Positions 38,513 to 51,646 of a stretch of 64,000 nucleotides of DNA are shown piece by piece. The stretch covers positions 9,734,001-9,798,000 of the forward strand of contig OX597825.1 of the NCBI GenBank assembly GCA_951406725.2, in the 5' to 3' direction. The position numbers and the translations under genes were made by a program. How positions within the stretch are numbered: the stretch's first letter is position 1; each line of letters begins with the position of its first letter. Below the pieces are notes generated by a model. It made no database searches. It saw only the letters and a program-made list of their open reading frames with translations, and was not told the origin of the DNA. Source of the DNA: Octopus vulgaris (lineage: Eukaryota).

Positions 38513-39394
38513 AAGATGCATCTGGCATAGATACGGAAATGATGTCACCATGACCAACCCTCTTAACTTGAAGAATTCTTCAGGCAAAGTTGAAATAAAT
38601 GGGGCATAAAGTTTCAAACCAACAGCACTTTGCTCCCTTACCTTTGTGAATCCTGTTGAATAAATAAAGTTACACCAACTTGATAGTAACTTTACATGGC
38701 TCTTAAGACAAATAATTAGAAAAGGACTTATAGTTTTTTTACCTACATTAATAAGTAACATTCTTTTTTATTACCTACATTAATAATTAACTTTTTTTCT
38801 TTTTCCTGACAAATTTAATTATGAATAACAACCTTTACCTTTTTCTGACCTCTAAGCAGCAATTCAAATTGGCCATTGAAATTTCAAATTAATTTTACCA
38901 TTTCAAGCAGACTAGAGTTGATAAACGCATCAGCTAGCATCATAAATAGCAACAGCTCATTGATTAATGCATTCCACCTCCTCTCTCTCTCCCTCTCTCC
39001 TTCTCTCCTTTCCTTTGCTTTATATTCTCTGCCTCACAGCATCCACCAAAATATCACTTTCTCTCCCCCATCTCTGTCATATTCACCCCCATCACTTTAT
39101 ACATCCCTCCCCACAGAATTTGTCCTTTGCAATCAATGCTTCCTTCTGTCTTTTCCTGTCTTCCATCATTAAGTTTGTTTCTCTTTACCTATTTAAACAA
39201 TAGCATTTTCAACCAGCACCACCACCACCCCACCCACCGGCCCAATCACTTCTCTGATAAACTGCTCTGTACAGCGAAATATAACAAGTAAAACACTGAA
39301 TTAAATAGATAATATTTAGGCTATATATTCTTCGTAATTTGAGTCATTTTTAGAATCATGGATAATGTAAGAATACCCAATAATAAATAAATAA

Positions 39395-39425
<31 letters not shown>

Positions 39426-39447
39426 AATTTATAAATATATATATATT

Positions 39448-39489
<42 letters not shown>

Positions 39490-40402
39490 AATGTGGCAGT
39501 TTACTGGAAGCATTAGGATATAAGAAAACAAGGAAACAATAACGAAGAGATGTTCTTGCAAAATGAAGAGAGAATAAATAATTAATTATTTCCTTAAGTA
39601 TTTTGGGTAAACAATCAATCTTCATAGGAAAATATTTAAGAATTTAATAAATTATTCATTCTTTCTTCACATTGTAAGGAACACTCTGCATTATTTTGTG
39701 ATTGTTTACACACCTCCATCAAACCAGCTGTACATTGTTATGCCAGCCTCTTCATGCTGGCATCGGTAAGACGAAACCTTTTGGAGTTGGGTTTCTATGA
39801 CCGCACACCCTTCTTGTTGCCAACACCAAACTGTTTTACAAGTATTTTTATTCTGCCAAGCTTCACAGGTGACCTACAGGGGTCACATTGCTTACAGGAC
39901 ATCATTATGGCCCAGATGGTATCAGTGTGAAGACATCTAGGAAATCCTATAATTACATCATCATCAAAATAAATATCAAATGGAAATCGTTGTTGTGATA
40001 CCTGTGCCGGTGGCACGTAAAAAGTACCATCCGAACATAGCCGATGTAAGTGCCACCTTGACTGGCACCTGTGCTAGTGGCACGTAAAAAGCACCAACCA
40101 GTCGTGGCTGCTGCCACTCCACCCCACTGGCACCTGTGCCGGTGGCACGTAAAAAGCACCCACTACACTCACTGAGTGGTTGGCATTAGGAAGGGTATCC
40201 AGCTGTAGAAACACTGCCAGATCAGACTGGAGCCTGGTGCAGCCTTCTGGCTTCCCAGACCTCGGTTGAACCGTCCAACCCATGCTAGCACAGAAAACAG
40301 AGATTAAACGATGATGATGATTATGATGATAATGATGACATTGATATGAAACGATCTTCATTACTACACAGATATACCTACAGTTATTTATACATATTAT
40401 AC

Positions 40403-40622
40403 ATGAGGGGGTGCTGAAAAATTCCTGGCTTTAAGGGTATCGCGAAAGACTTGACTTGGAGGCCCTAACTTCTGTGGTCTTTTACAAGGCTTAGAAAAAT
40501 TGCAGGACCGCTGCATTAAGTGTGTGAATCTGAGAGGGGAATATGTTGAATAAAATCATAATTAACTGATCATCCTGTATTTTCTTTTATCCAAAGCCAG
40601 GAACTTTTCAGCACCCCCTCAT
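40403..40622 (+). mobile_element. Mariner-derived MITE
   Basis: TIRs GAGGGGGTGCTGAAAA.TTCCTGGCTTT / AAAGCCAGGAACTTTTCAGCACCCCCTC enclose a transposase C-terminus DRCIKCVNLRGEYVE*. A lone TIR lies at about 61703-61733. Confidence 0.85.
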
Positions 40623-42107
40623 TTATACACACACACACACACACACACATATAAACAGTAGCGGCTGTGTGGTAAGTTAGGCACAGGAGTGGCTGTGTTG
40701 TAAGTAGCTTGTTTACCAACCACATGGTTCCAGTTTCAGTCCCACTGCATAGCACCTTGGGTAAGTGTCTTCTACTAAAGCTTCGGGCCGACCAAAGCCT
40801 TGTGAGTGGATTTGGTAGACAGAAACTGAAAGAACCCCATTGTCAATCATCAGGAGGGCGATTGGGATCACGTGGATGAGAAAGGCGTGATCCAGAGAGG
40901 AGTGGACAGCGTGCTGTGACCAGCAGTGTCAAATGGACGCCTGACGGACTGGTCGGTCAAGGTGATCAAGGTGATATATGTGTGTGTGTGTTTGTGTGTC
41001 TGTGTTTGTCCCCACAACTTCACTTGACAACTGATGCTGGTGAGTTTATGTCACCGTCACTTTGTTGTTCAGCAAAAGAGACCGATAGAATAAGTACTAG
41101 GCTGACAGAGAATAAATCCTGGGGTCGATTTGCTTGATTAAAGGCGGTGCTCCAGCATGACCGCAGTCAAATGACTGAAACAAGTAAAAGAGTAAAAGAG
41201 TGGATTTGAAGCCGTAATTTCATCTTTGGAGACAAGAACAATTTAATATACAACTTTACTAATGAGATCATCTCATTTTCTTCTCACAGATATTCCTTAC
41301 TGATATATTCTAATACAAACTCACATACACATACATAAAAACATACACATGCATACGCAGTTGTCGATCTACCGTATTACTGCATTATGCATCTAGTAGC
41401 ATCAAACAGTTAAGTACAACACGCCACCTTCAAGAAGTGCAGTAATACTAAGATGAAATTTACAAGACATTTGCTTTGTCTGCAGCTACCATTGTTTGTA
41501 CGTAATCACCACAGACAGGTGTCAATAGCATGGCATACCATTCCGAGACAGTTAATTAAACTTCAGAACAAATATACAATTTATGCAAATTAAAAGGTAC
41601 ATTGATACATCATCTGAAACCTGTCTCAGTTGTTTTCTCATCACTCTTAAGTTTGTAGGTTGGCGATGGGCTTCAGTTGTTTGGTGCACAGTTTCGTGGC
41701 AGATGTAGTTGATTTTTATGTCTGTTTTCCGAGGGATTTTTATATTTTATTTTTAAGATTATTATTATTATCATTATTATTATTCATCGTTTAACGTCTG
41801 TTTTCCATGCTAGCATGGGTTGGACGGTTTGACCGGGGTCTGGGAAGCCAGGAGGCTGCACCAGGCTCCAATCTGATATCTGGCAGAGTTTCTACAGCTG
41901 GATGCCCTTCCTAACGCCAACCACTCCATGAGTGTAGTGGGTGCTTTTTACGTGCCAGGCGAGGCTGGCAACAGCCACGATCAGTTGGTACATCTTACGT
42001 GCCACCGGCACGGAAGCCAGTCAAGGCAGCGCTGGCATCAACCACGTTCAGATGGTGCTTTTTACTTGCCACCAGCACAGGTATCACAACTACAATTTCC
42101 ATTATTA

Positions 42108-42159
<52 letters not shown>

Positions 42160-42909
42160 CCTTATTTGATGTAGACCCACCAGTCTGTTCCTTTTATTAT
42201 TTTGCTTGTTTTAGTCATCGTCTGACTGTGGCCATGCTGGAGCACAGCTTTGAAGGGTTTTGCTGAAACAAATTGACCCCAAAGACATATTTTTTTAGGC
42301 CTAGTACTTATTCTATCGGTCTCTTGTTGAATTGCTAAGTTAAGGGAACATAAACACACCAGCACTGGTTGTCAAGCAGTGATGGGGGGACAAACACAGA
42401 TACAAACACATAGATATATACATGTATCTCTCTCACTCTCCATATATGTGTGTGTGTGTGTATGTATATAGATATATATATATATAAGTAAAGGCACATG
42501 GCTTAGAGGTTAAGGTTTACAATCGTAAGGGTGTGAGTTCAATTCCCGGCGACGCGTTGTGTCCTTGAGCAAGATACTTTATTTCACGTTGCTCCAGTCT
42601 GTTCAGCTGGCAAAAATTAGTAATACTTGTATTACAAAGGGCCAGCCTTGTCACACACTGTGTCACGCTGAATCTCCCTGAGAACTACATTAAGGGTATA
42701 CGCGTCTGTGGAGTGCTAAGCCACTTGCACGTAAATTTCACAAGCAGACTGTTCTGTTGATTGTATTAGCTGGGACCCTCATCTTCATAATCAATGGAGT
42801 GCTCCTTTTATATATATATATATTACAATGGACGGTTTATAATAAAAATAACAACAACAACATCAAAAAATACCTTAGGAATGAGAACTCGGGTCTGAAA
42901 TTTCCCCAA

Positions 42910-42955
42910 GACACCTGATGAAGGCTGGAGGTTATATCAGCTGAAATGTTGTGTT
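42910..42955 (+). ncRNA. Minimal hammerhead motif (family of 45622; CpG-decayed)
   Basis: GACAC CUGAUGA A GGCUG..CAGCU GAAA UG UU|GUGUU. Confidence 0.55.
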
Positions 42956-43283
42956 AACAACAAACAAGATGCAGATAAATATCCATCAAATGTAAATAAT
43001 GTCCGAATGTAGAGATGGACAAAATGCTGTTAAGCACCTTGTCCAGCATGCTAATGATTCTGCTACTTCACCACCTTATTTTCAGTTACTGAGTTACAAA
43101 TATTAGAGTGTTAAGATTAGAGCAGTTGTTATTATAACATTCAATCCAATATTTTTTAATACACATCTAGTTCTTGTTTTACCTCTCAATAATCTATAGT
43201 CAATTTATAGAAATTAATTTTAAAATATAGCAACTTAAAACTCCAGGTGTTCATGAATGACATTTACAAAGGGTTTTACTTAC

Positions 43284-43364
43284 CTGAATAGTCCTAGACT
43301 GGACATTTTTGCTACTGTCACTCTGTTCATGCTTTGTTTCTTTCATGAGAGAGTTTACAGCACC
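43284..43364 (-). CDS. NPHP4: NPHP4 internal exon (81 nt, phase 0/0): GAVNSLMKETKHEQSDSSKNVQSRTIQ
   Basis: Acceptor ctattattcttccAG and donor CAG|GTAAGT. The frame is open and phase-compatible with the exon at 22836. Position and length fit the poorly conserved linker before VLFRASGG in human NPHP4 (recalled), but sequence identity itself is low. Confidence 0.8.
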
Positions 43365-43770
43365 CTGGAAGAATAATAGAATACCGTTTTAACCCTTTAG
43401 CATTCAGATTTTCCTTTCAAACGTAACACTTTTCCATTCACATTGTTTCAGATTAATCATGCATAATCTTGAGGCTTTCAGATTTTAAGAGATAACTGTT
43501 AGTTTTTAGAATGATATTGTAGGGTATGTATGAGGGGCCGAATCTGGCCAGCTTGAACAGGTAGAATTTTTGGTCAGATATAGCTGATTTGAATATTAAA
43601 GTGTTAAATAGATGAAAAGCAAATGTATATGTATGCATGTCCTGTAGAAAACCAAGTCCACAATATCAGTCATCATATTATATAATTACATAAAGTTAAA
43701 GAGATGTTCTAACTTAAAACCAAAGAAAATAATACATCATAAGCTATTGGTATGCAAGACAATTGCATTG

Positions 43771-44464
43771 TCATCATCATCATCATCGTTTAACGTCCGC
43801 TTTCCATGCTAGCATGGGTTGGACGATTTGACTGAGGGCTGGTGAACCAGATGGCTGCACCAGACTCCAATCTGAACTGGCAGAGTTTCTACAGCTGGAT
43901 GCCCTTCCTAACGCCAACCACTCCGAGAGTGTGGTGGGTGCTTTAACGTGCTACTGGCATGAGAGCCAATCAGGCAGTACTGGCAATGGCCACTCTCAAA
44001 TGGTACCTTTTATGTGCCAGCTGCACAGGAGCCAGTCCAGCGGCACTTGCAACGACCTCACTCGAATGTTTTCTCATGTGCCACCAGCACAAGTGCCAGT
44101 AAGGTGACACAGGTAATGATCATGCTTGAATGGTGTTTTTTATATGCCACCGGCACAGAAGCCAGCTTGTTGCTCTGGCAATGATCACGCTTGTATGGTA
44201 CTCTTAGCGCACCACTAGCATGGATGCCAGTCATCGAATTTGATTTCGATTTCGATATCACTTGCCTCAACAGGTCTTCGCAAGCAGAGTTTAGTGTCCA
44301 ATAAAGGAAAGGTACGCATAAGTGGGCTGGTTACACCCCTGGCATAGGCCACAAGGTTTTGGTCTCACTTGAGCTTGCTGAGTCTTCTCAAGCACAGCAT
44401 ATTTCCAAAGGTCCCAGTCACTAGTCATTGCCTTGGTGAGGCCCAATGTTCAAAGGTCATGCTT
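43771..44464 (-). mobile_element. 5'-truncated RTE LINE: ORF C-terminus, modular 3' UTR and (GAT)n tail
   Basis: The minus strand encodes KHDL*TLGLTKAMTSDWDLWKYAVLEKT and runs directly into the module-bearing UTR. The same junction occurs at 31869-31960 (+). Confidence 0.85.
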
Positions 44465-44472
44465 GTGTAGTT

Positions 44473-45174
44473 AGAAAGGGACCAGTAGACATTGGTTTGA
44501 CAACAGAGTTTAGAAAGGGACCAGTAGACATTGGTTTGACAACAGAGTTTAGAAAGGGACCAGTAGACATTGGTTTGACAATAGAGTTTAGAAAGGGACC
44601 AGTAGACATTGGTTTGACAACAGAGTTTAGAAAGGGACCAGTAGACATTGGTTTGACAACAGAGTTTAGAAAGGGACCAGTAGACATTGGTTTGACAATA
44701 GAGTTTAGAAAGGGACCAGTAGACATTGGTTTGACAACAGAGTTTAGAAAGGGACCAGTAGACATTGGTTTGACAATAGAGTTTAGAAAGGGACCAGTAG
44801 ACATTGGTTTGACAATAGAGTTTAGAAAGGGACCAGTAGACATTGGTTTGACAACAGAGTTTAGAAAGGGACCAGTAGACATTGGTTTGACAATAGAGTT
44901 TAGAAAGGGACCAGTAGACATTGGTTTGACAACAGAGTTTAGAAAGGGACCAGTAGACATTGGTTTGACAATAGAGTTTAGAAAGGGACCAGTAGACATT
45001 GGTTTGACAATAGAGTTTAGAAAGGGACCAGTAGACATTGGTTTGACAACAGAGTTTAGAAAGGGACCAGTAGACATTGGTTTGACAACAGAGTTTAGAA
45101 AGGGACCAGTAGACATTGGTTTGACAACAGAGTTTAGAAAGGGACCAGTAGACATTGGTTTGACAATAGAGTTT
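44473..45174. repeat. 39-bp minisatellite x18
   Basis: Unit AGAAAGGGACCAGTAGACATTGGTTTGACAA(C/T)AGAGTTT, with a single polymorphic site. Confidence 0.97.
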
Positions 45175-45621
45175 TCATAGATCAAGAAGAAAAAAAAACA
45201 AGAAGTACATAAAAAAATACACCAAGAAATATATAAATGATTCCTGTGTCATTTATCTTTTTGAGTAGAGAATTTAGAAGAAGAGAGAAAGGGAACAAGA
45301 TATATATTGAGCAAAACACTGACCCCTCTTTGACTCATTTATCTGGTAATAGAGCAGATAATGATAATAGAGCAGAGAGTATGACATGCTATTGATGCAC
45401 AAAATAATTTTATAGTTTAGGGTACAAAGGGGATTGCATCTTCTCAAATGAAAATAGAGAAATAATATATGTTACACACACATACAAATAACTTGAGGTA
45501 GAACAACATCCTTTAAACCTACTAAGAATAAGAGATTGATTTTTTTCAGTTTTTTATATAAGTTGTTTTACCTGTGATGTTTTACCTTAGGAATGAGAAC
45601 TCAGGTTTGAAATTTTCTCAA

Positions 45622-45667
45622 GACACCTGATGAAGGCTGGAAGGTATATCAGCCGAAACGTTGTGTT
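45622..45667 (+). ncRNA. Minimal type I hammerhead ribozyme, best-preserved copy
   Basis: GACAC CUGAUGA A GGCUG GAAGGUAUAU CAGCC GAAA CG UU|GUGUU. It has stem I GACAC:GUGUU, a 5-bp stem II, an intact core and a palindromic ACGU. Confidence 0.7.
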
Positions 45668-46256
45668 AATGACAAACACGATGAGGACAAATATCCATCG
45701 AATGTAAATAATGTAAATAATGTACATAATTCCTCATATCTTAAACATAGAATTGTGTGACATAATTATCATTGACATTTTGAAAATTCAGTAAAAAGGA
45801 ACAGACTGATTATTTCAAAAGAAAATTCCTTAATTAGAAAATCAGCAATTAATGTTGTGTACAGACTATATAAGAGGGCTACAGAAGCCTTATATAATTG
45901 CAAAACTGAATATAATTGCCACTGCAGCACAGAAGCAAAGTTGTAAACAAAAAAAAAGCTTGGAGTATTTTCCACTTTCTCTTCTTTCTCTCACAAAGAC
46001 AATCAATCCTGTTGTCCGTACTGCAATTTTGAGACTGACCTCAAAACTAATGAAATTAGAATTACACCAAAAGTTATTTAGCAAGTAAACGGACTTGGAA
46101 CAAACTTGGAACTAATTACTTCCAAAACATTCCTTGTTAGATATCAAATGTTGTTGTTCCATGATTAACTGACCATCACAGGATGCTGCTAATAAGCAAA
46201 TTATACTATTTTAATGAGTCTAGATTGTTGTCCATTGATTGGTCAAAATATTTTTA

Positions 46257-46560
46257 TCCTTATATATAAAACTTAAGTTGTGTGTGTGTCTTTCTACTCT
46301 GATTTAGATTCCTAACTACTCCCACATTTTGCGGTACAGTTTAACCAAAAGCGGGTATCTTATAGTCGTGATTCATATCGAGTCCTTCTGGGTATTAGCG
46401 CGCGTCTACAATGAGTCTACGATTTTAAAAAAATTTACCATCATTTTTCCACATTTTTAATTCATTTTTTGCTCGGTTTATATAAGGGAAGTAACTCTCT
46501 AAAAATGCTTATATAGTTATTTCCCTTACAAACCCGAGCAACGCCGGGCGATACTGCTAG
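46257..46560 (+). mobile_element. Non-autonomous Helitron-like element
   Basis: 5' end A|TCCTTATATATAAA, CCCGAGCAACGCCGGG hairpin and 3' end CTAG|T. Confidence 0.8.
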
Positions 46561-48172
46561 TTGTATATAATACCATGAATGTTGTATAAAGTCTTATGGT
46601 TTGCCACCCCCGACTTTTCCCTTAAAGTTACGTCAAATGTAGGTAAAAGATTTCTCACACTAAGAAGATATTCATTTTCTTAGAATCTATAGATGTAGTA
46701 CGATCTTTAATAGACAAAATACAATCAAAATTATTTTTTCTTGCTCCACTGATGTTAAGACATATATCAACAAGCAACCAATGATGCAAGCTGCTCTGGA
46801 TGTACGTGTAGAGACAAATATAAATGTCTTCTAGAGTTGGCAGAATTGTTAGCATGCTGGGCGAAATGTTTAGCGGTGTTTCATCTGCTGTTACATTCTG
46901 AGTTCAAACTCTGCCGAGGCAGAATTTGAACTCAGAAAGTAAAGAAAGAAGAAATACCACTAAGCATTTCACCCAGTGTGCTAACGTTTGAGCCAGCTTG
47001 CCGCCTTGTAGACACCAATATGTTAATTATGAATTACACTTCCACATATGTTAATTATGCTTTCACATCTGTTATTAATTATTCTTTTGCAAATTAAACT
47101 ATTTGGTAAACATTCTGCATGGATCGCATTACCTTTTCACTTCTATACCTGTTGGCAAAACATCAAGACATCGTCTGTAGTGAAAACCTATGTTAACCCT
47201 CTAAAACCCTGCTCATATCCCTAACTTGAAACCAGGATGATGGCCTACTAAATGGCTCAACTCATATGAATGAACTGGATCAAAGATCCAGAGGAAAAGG
47301 AAAAGCAAGAAGATTGTGTTGTGCCAAGATTAAATATTTCAGTACCTGAGATTAAAAAACCATCAAAAAAACAAAATTTTTTAAAATCTCTTCATGCTTT
47401 CATCTTTGGATAAAAAAAAAAAGTAAAAAAAGAAACATTTAGAAGAATTTGAACGAAAATGAAAACAGAAAAATCAGACAGTGACAGAGAAAAAAAAAAG
47501 AGTCGAGAAGAAGAACCTCGTGAAATCCCAAAGTTGAGAACAAGCGAGAAAGAAATAGTGGAGAGTATGGCAGCAGTAATAGGTTTGTGTGGTCACGGAG
47601 CATGCAGTGAGACGCCAGAAATTCCATTGATGTGAACACCAGAAGATCTGACAACACTGAAAGAGATGAAATTACGATTCTAACTTTCTTTATTTCCCAA
47701 GTGGCAGCTGAAGCTTAAAACAAAATGTGATCATGAGAAATACAAGTTTCATTAACTTATAATAATTTTTCTGTAAAAAGGAGACAGCTGACAGTTAAGC
47801 TGTTTCAATTTACATATTCTTAAGATAGAGTGTGAGAGAGAGAGAGAGAGTGAGAGAGAGTGAGTATATAGGTATGTATGTATATCTTATATATAGAGAG
47901 AGAGAGGGACAGACAGACAGACTTACACAGTGAAAGAGAGAGGGAGAAGAGAGAAAGAGATAAATAACTTGAGTATATATTTATGCATGTTTGCACACAC
48001 ATACTCACAAATGCATGCATATATACGTATATGTATATATATATATATATATATATACACATACACACACACACACATATATATATACACACATATATAC
48101 ATATATACACATATATATATAGACATATATATATATATACACACACACACATATCTGCACACACACACGAAC

Positions 48173-48206
<34 letters not shown>

Positions 48207-50637
48207 ATGTATATATATATATATATATATATGTGTATGTATGTATAATGTGTGTGTGTGTGTGTAAACACTTAATTGTAAACAAGAAGAAAAGAGTTTT
48301 ATTCAATACAGAAGAGGGAGAGAGTGTTATATTATCCATTATTGGAAGCGAAAACTTCCCAAATCTTTATATCGGAAGCAGGAATCTCCGGATAATGATT
48401 TATGAAATTTCAACTGCCAATAAAATGTGAACAGAAATACATATGTAATCTTTCTTTGTTCGTTCATTTGTTCACTCAAGCATGCACATCATGTGTGCAT
48501 GCATGCATGCATACATTCAAACAGGCACGGCTGAGTGACTAATAGGTTTGCTTCCCAATCTGACTGTTTTGGATACAGTCCCATTGTTTGGTACCTTGGG
48601 GGACATGGTTTCTACTATAATCTCAGGCTGACTAAAGCCTTGGGAGTGAATTTGCAGGACAGAAACTGAAAGAAGCCTGAAAGGGCAGTGAGCTGGCAGA
48701 ATCGTTAGCATGGTCAGGCGAAATGCTTAGTGGTATTTCGTCTGCCGTTACGTTCTGAGTTCAAATTCCACCAACGTCGACTTAACCTTTCATTCTTTCG
48801 GGGTCAATAAATTGAGTACCAGTTATGCACTGGGGTCGATGTAATCGACTTAATCCTTTTGTCCGTCCTTGTTTGTCCACTTTATGTTTAGCTCCTTGTG
48901 GGTGGTAAAGAAATAAGAAACTGAAAGAAGCCCTTTGTGTGTGTGTGTGTGTGTGTGTTCTTGCTTTAACATTGTGCAATAGGTGTAAACAAGTATCACA
49001 TACACATGTGTACACACACACAGTAATCACTCGCCATATTGCGGTTCACCTATTGCGCCCTCAGCACATCACGGATTTTTATGGCTAATATACGTAAATT
49101 TATATCATGGTCTCCTCAGTATATCACAGGCTTCTGCATCTGATAAGTATTTATATACTTTTTAGATTTTAATTATTTCTCTGGTGAAATAAACATTTTC
49201 ACGCCTAAAAATTAATAAAGAGAAATACAGTACAGTACTGCACTGTATAACACATCATCATCATCATCATCGTTTAACGTCCGCCTTCCATGCTAGCATG
49301 GGTTGGACGGTTCGACTGGGGATCTGGGAAGCCAGAAGGCTGCACCAGGCTCCAGTCTGGTCTGACAGTGTTTCTACAGCTGGATGCCCTTCCTAACACC
49401 AACCACTCCGTGAGTGTAGTAGGTGCTTTTTACGTGCCACCGGCACAGGTGCCAGGCGAGGCTGGCAATGACCACGATCAGATTGGTGCTTTTTACGTGC
49501 CACCGGCACGGAAGCCAGTCAAGGCGGCACTGGCATCGGCCACGTTCGGATGGTGCATTTTATGTGCCACCGGCAATGAAGCCAGTCAAGGTGGCGCTGG
49601 CATCAGCCACATTCGGATGGTGCATTTTACGTGCCACTGGCATGGAAGCCAGTCTAGGCGACGCTGGCATCGGCCATGTAAGCAAAGAACTGCAGGTACT
49701 GTATGGAAATAAAACTTGGGAGGTGAGTGTGTGGTGCAGTTTTGCATTTGTGTGTAAAATTGTGAATTTATTTCAGGCCCTACAGTGTTGCCCAAACGTT
49801 TTGCACCTTCTAAGAATATACAGTACAGTACTGTTTCTACTTCGCGGTTCTTTACATATTGTTTGGTGGGGGGTGTCTTGGAATGTAACGCCTGCGATAC
49901 TCAAGGGATTACTATATATATATATGTATGTATATGTGTTTAAATATATATACTGAAAGTGTGCTTGCACGATGAATTTTGACAAATTATAACATATAAT
50001 GATGAGACACGTGTTATTTGTCTCTGAATTATAAGTTAGTTGTTAAAGCGGGTTACTGATGAAAATTCGCCTAGCAAATTATCTTATTTGCTAATGAAAA
50101 ACAAGATAAAAGTTTTTATTTTACATTTTCTTCGAAAATTGTTATTAAATGTGGTTTTGGTCGTTTTGGCTGCTTCTTCTAGCGTGTAAAAATTACCTGT
50201 TAAAGGGTAGTTTTCTCTTGTGTTTAAATGTACAATATTTCATATTGTGTATATATATATATATAAATATATAAATATCTATGTATGTAAGTATGTATAT
50301 ATAAATATAGCCCTGGATCCAATCTGACTGCATGGCATCTTGGGCAAGAGACATTTTACTACAGACTCAGATCGATGCAACCTGAGTAAACCAATGGATG
50401 GATTGTAACTGCAAGTCAAAGATCCACACCTGTGTAACACACTGCCATGGTAACTCTCCCCGAAAGTTACCTTAAGTATACACACACACCTGTGAAATAC
50501 TCAGCCACTTATAAGCTAAGCTAATTCAATGAACAGTTTCAGTTGATCTAACAGCTGAAACCTTTGAAAATCCTGTAATCCATTTATTTCTTTTATATAT
50601 ATATACACATATATATATGTATGTGTGTGTGTGTGTG

Positions 50638-50741
<104 letters not shown>

Positions 50742-51427
50742 ATACTATATATATACATACATACATACTACGTCTGTGAATACTCTCATGCATTTATATA
50801 TGCATACACATGCACAAAGGCAAGCAGATTCATAGGTGTAAATGTATACAAACACAAGCATCTATATCAACACACACACACAAAGACTTATACATATATA
50901 TGTAAATGTAACAATACACATATACACACATTTGCATCCACACAAATTTGGCAAATTCCTGACTTTCATCTCTAATCTAAGCAGCATACCTGCCAATTCC
51001 TGTCTGGAGGCAAATGAAATTGAATTTGCTCATTTCTAACTAGAACAGAATTACTTCCTAGAAACCGTTCAGCGTTCTTCCTTGTTATGTGTAATTACAT
51101 ATATACAAACACATACACACACGCACACATCCTGTATATCTCTACATATGTTTCTGATATACAAACTTTTATTTTTCTTCTTTTTACTGTGTGAATTTGT
51201 GAAATATTCCCCTATAGGTTATTTGTGCTGAAATAGGGTTCCAATGGGTCACTCGCTAATTCCCAATATTTCCACTGGCAAGAGTTGTTGGTACACTTGG
51301 CTCTTAGAAGATTGTGTCCCATGAACCATGATATTTCTGTAGCTTCTTATGGTAGTGCTGGAAGCTGCTGCCTAAAATGTAAGTTTTAGTATTATGTTTG
51401 GCAGCTCATATTCAGGCATAAAGATCG

Positions 51428-51601
51428 GTAGCCACTACACACATTTTTTTTCTCTCCTTGTTTTTTTCTGTGTCCCTTTCTGCAGAGGAGCATAGGCTCG
51501 AAACGTAAAAGACTTTTTCAGTTCCTGAGCATTATACTAATACATCTGTTTGTTTTGTACACCACCTATCTTCATCTTTTGTTTTTTTTCGTAAACTCTC
51601 C

Positions 51602-51646
<45 letters not shown>

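Noticed and set aside
44446-45185. CRISPR-like or repeat-protein interpretation of the 39-bp array
   Set aside because: There are no unique spacers, the context is eukaryotic, and no splice or promoter evidence supports the ORFs.
47133-47174. 42-nt exon-like segment on the minus strand with good splice sites
   Set aside because: It has an in-frame stop in the phase required by the flanking NPHP4 intron. At most it is a poison exon, and that is unsupported.
50441-50454. Near X-box ACTGCCATGGTAAC
   Set aside because: It is imperfect and lies within a decayed SINE remnant.
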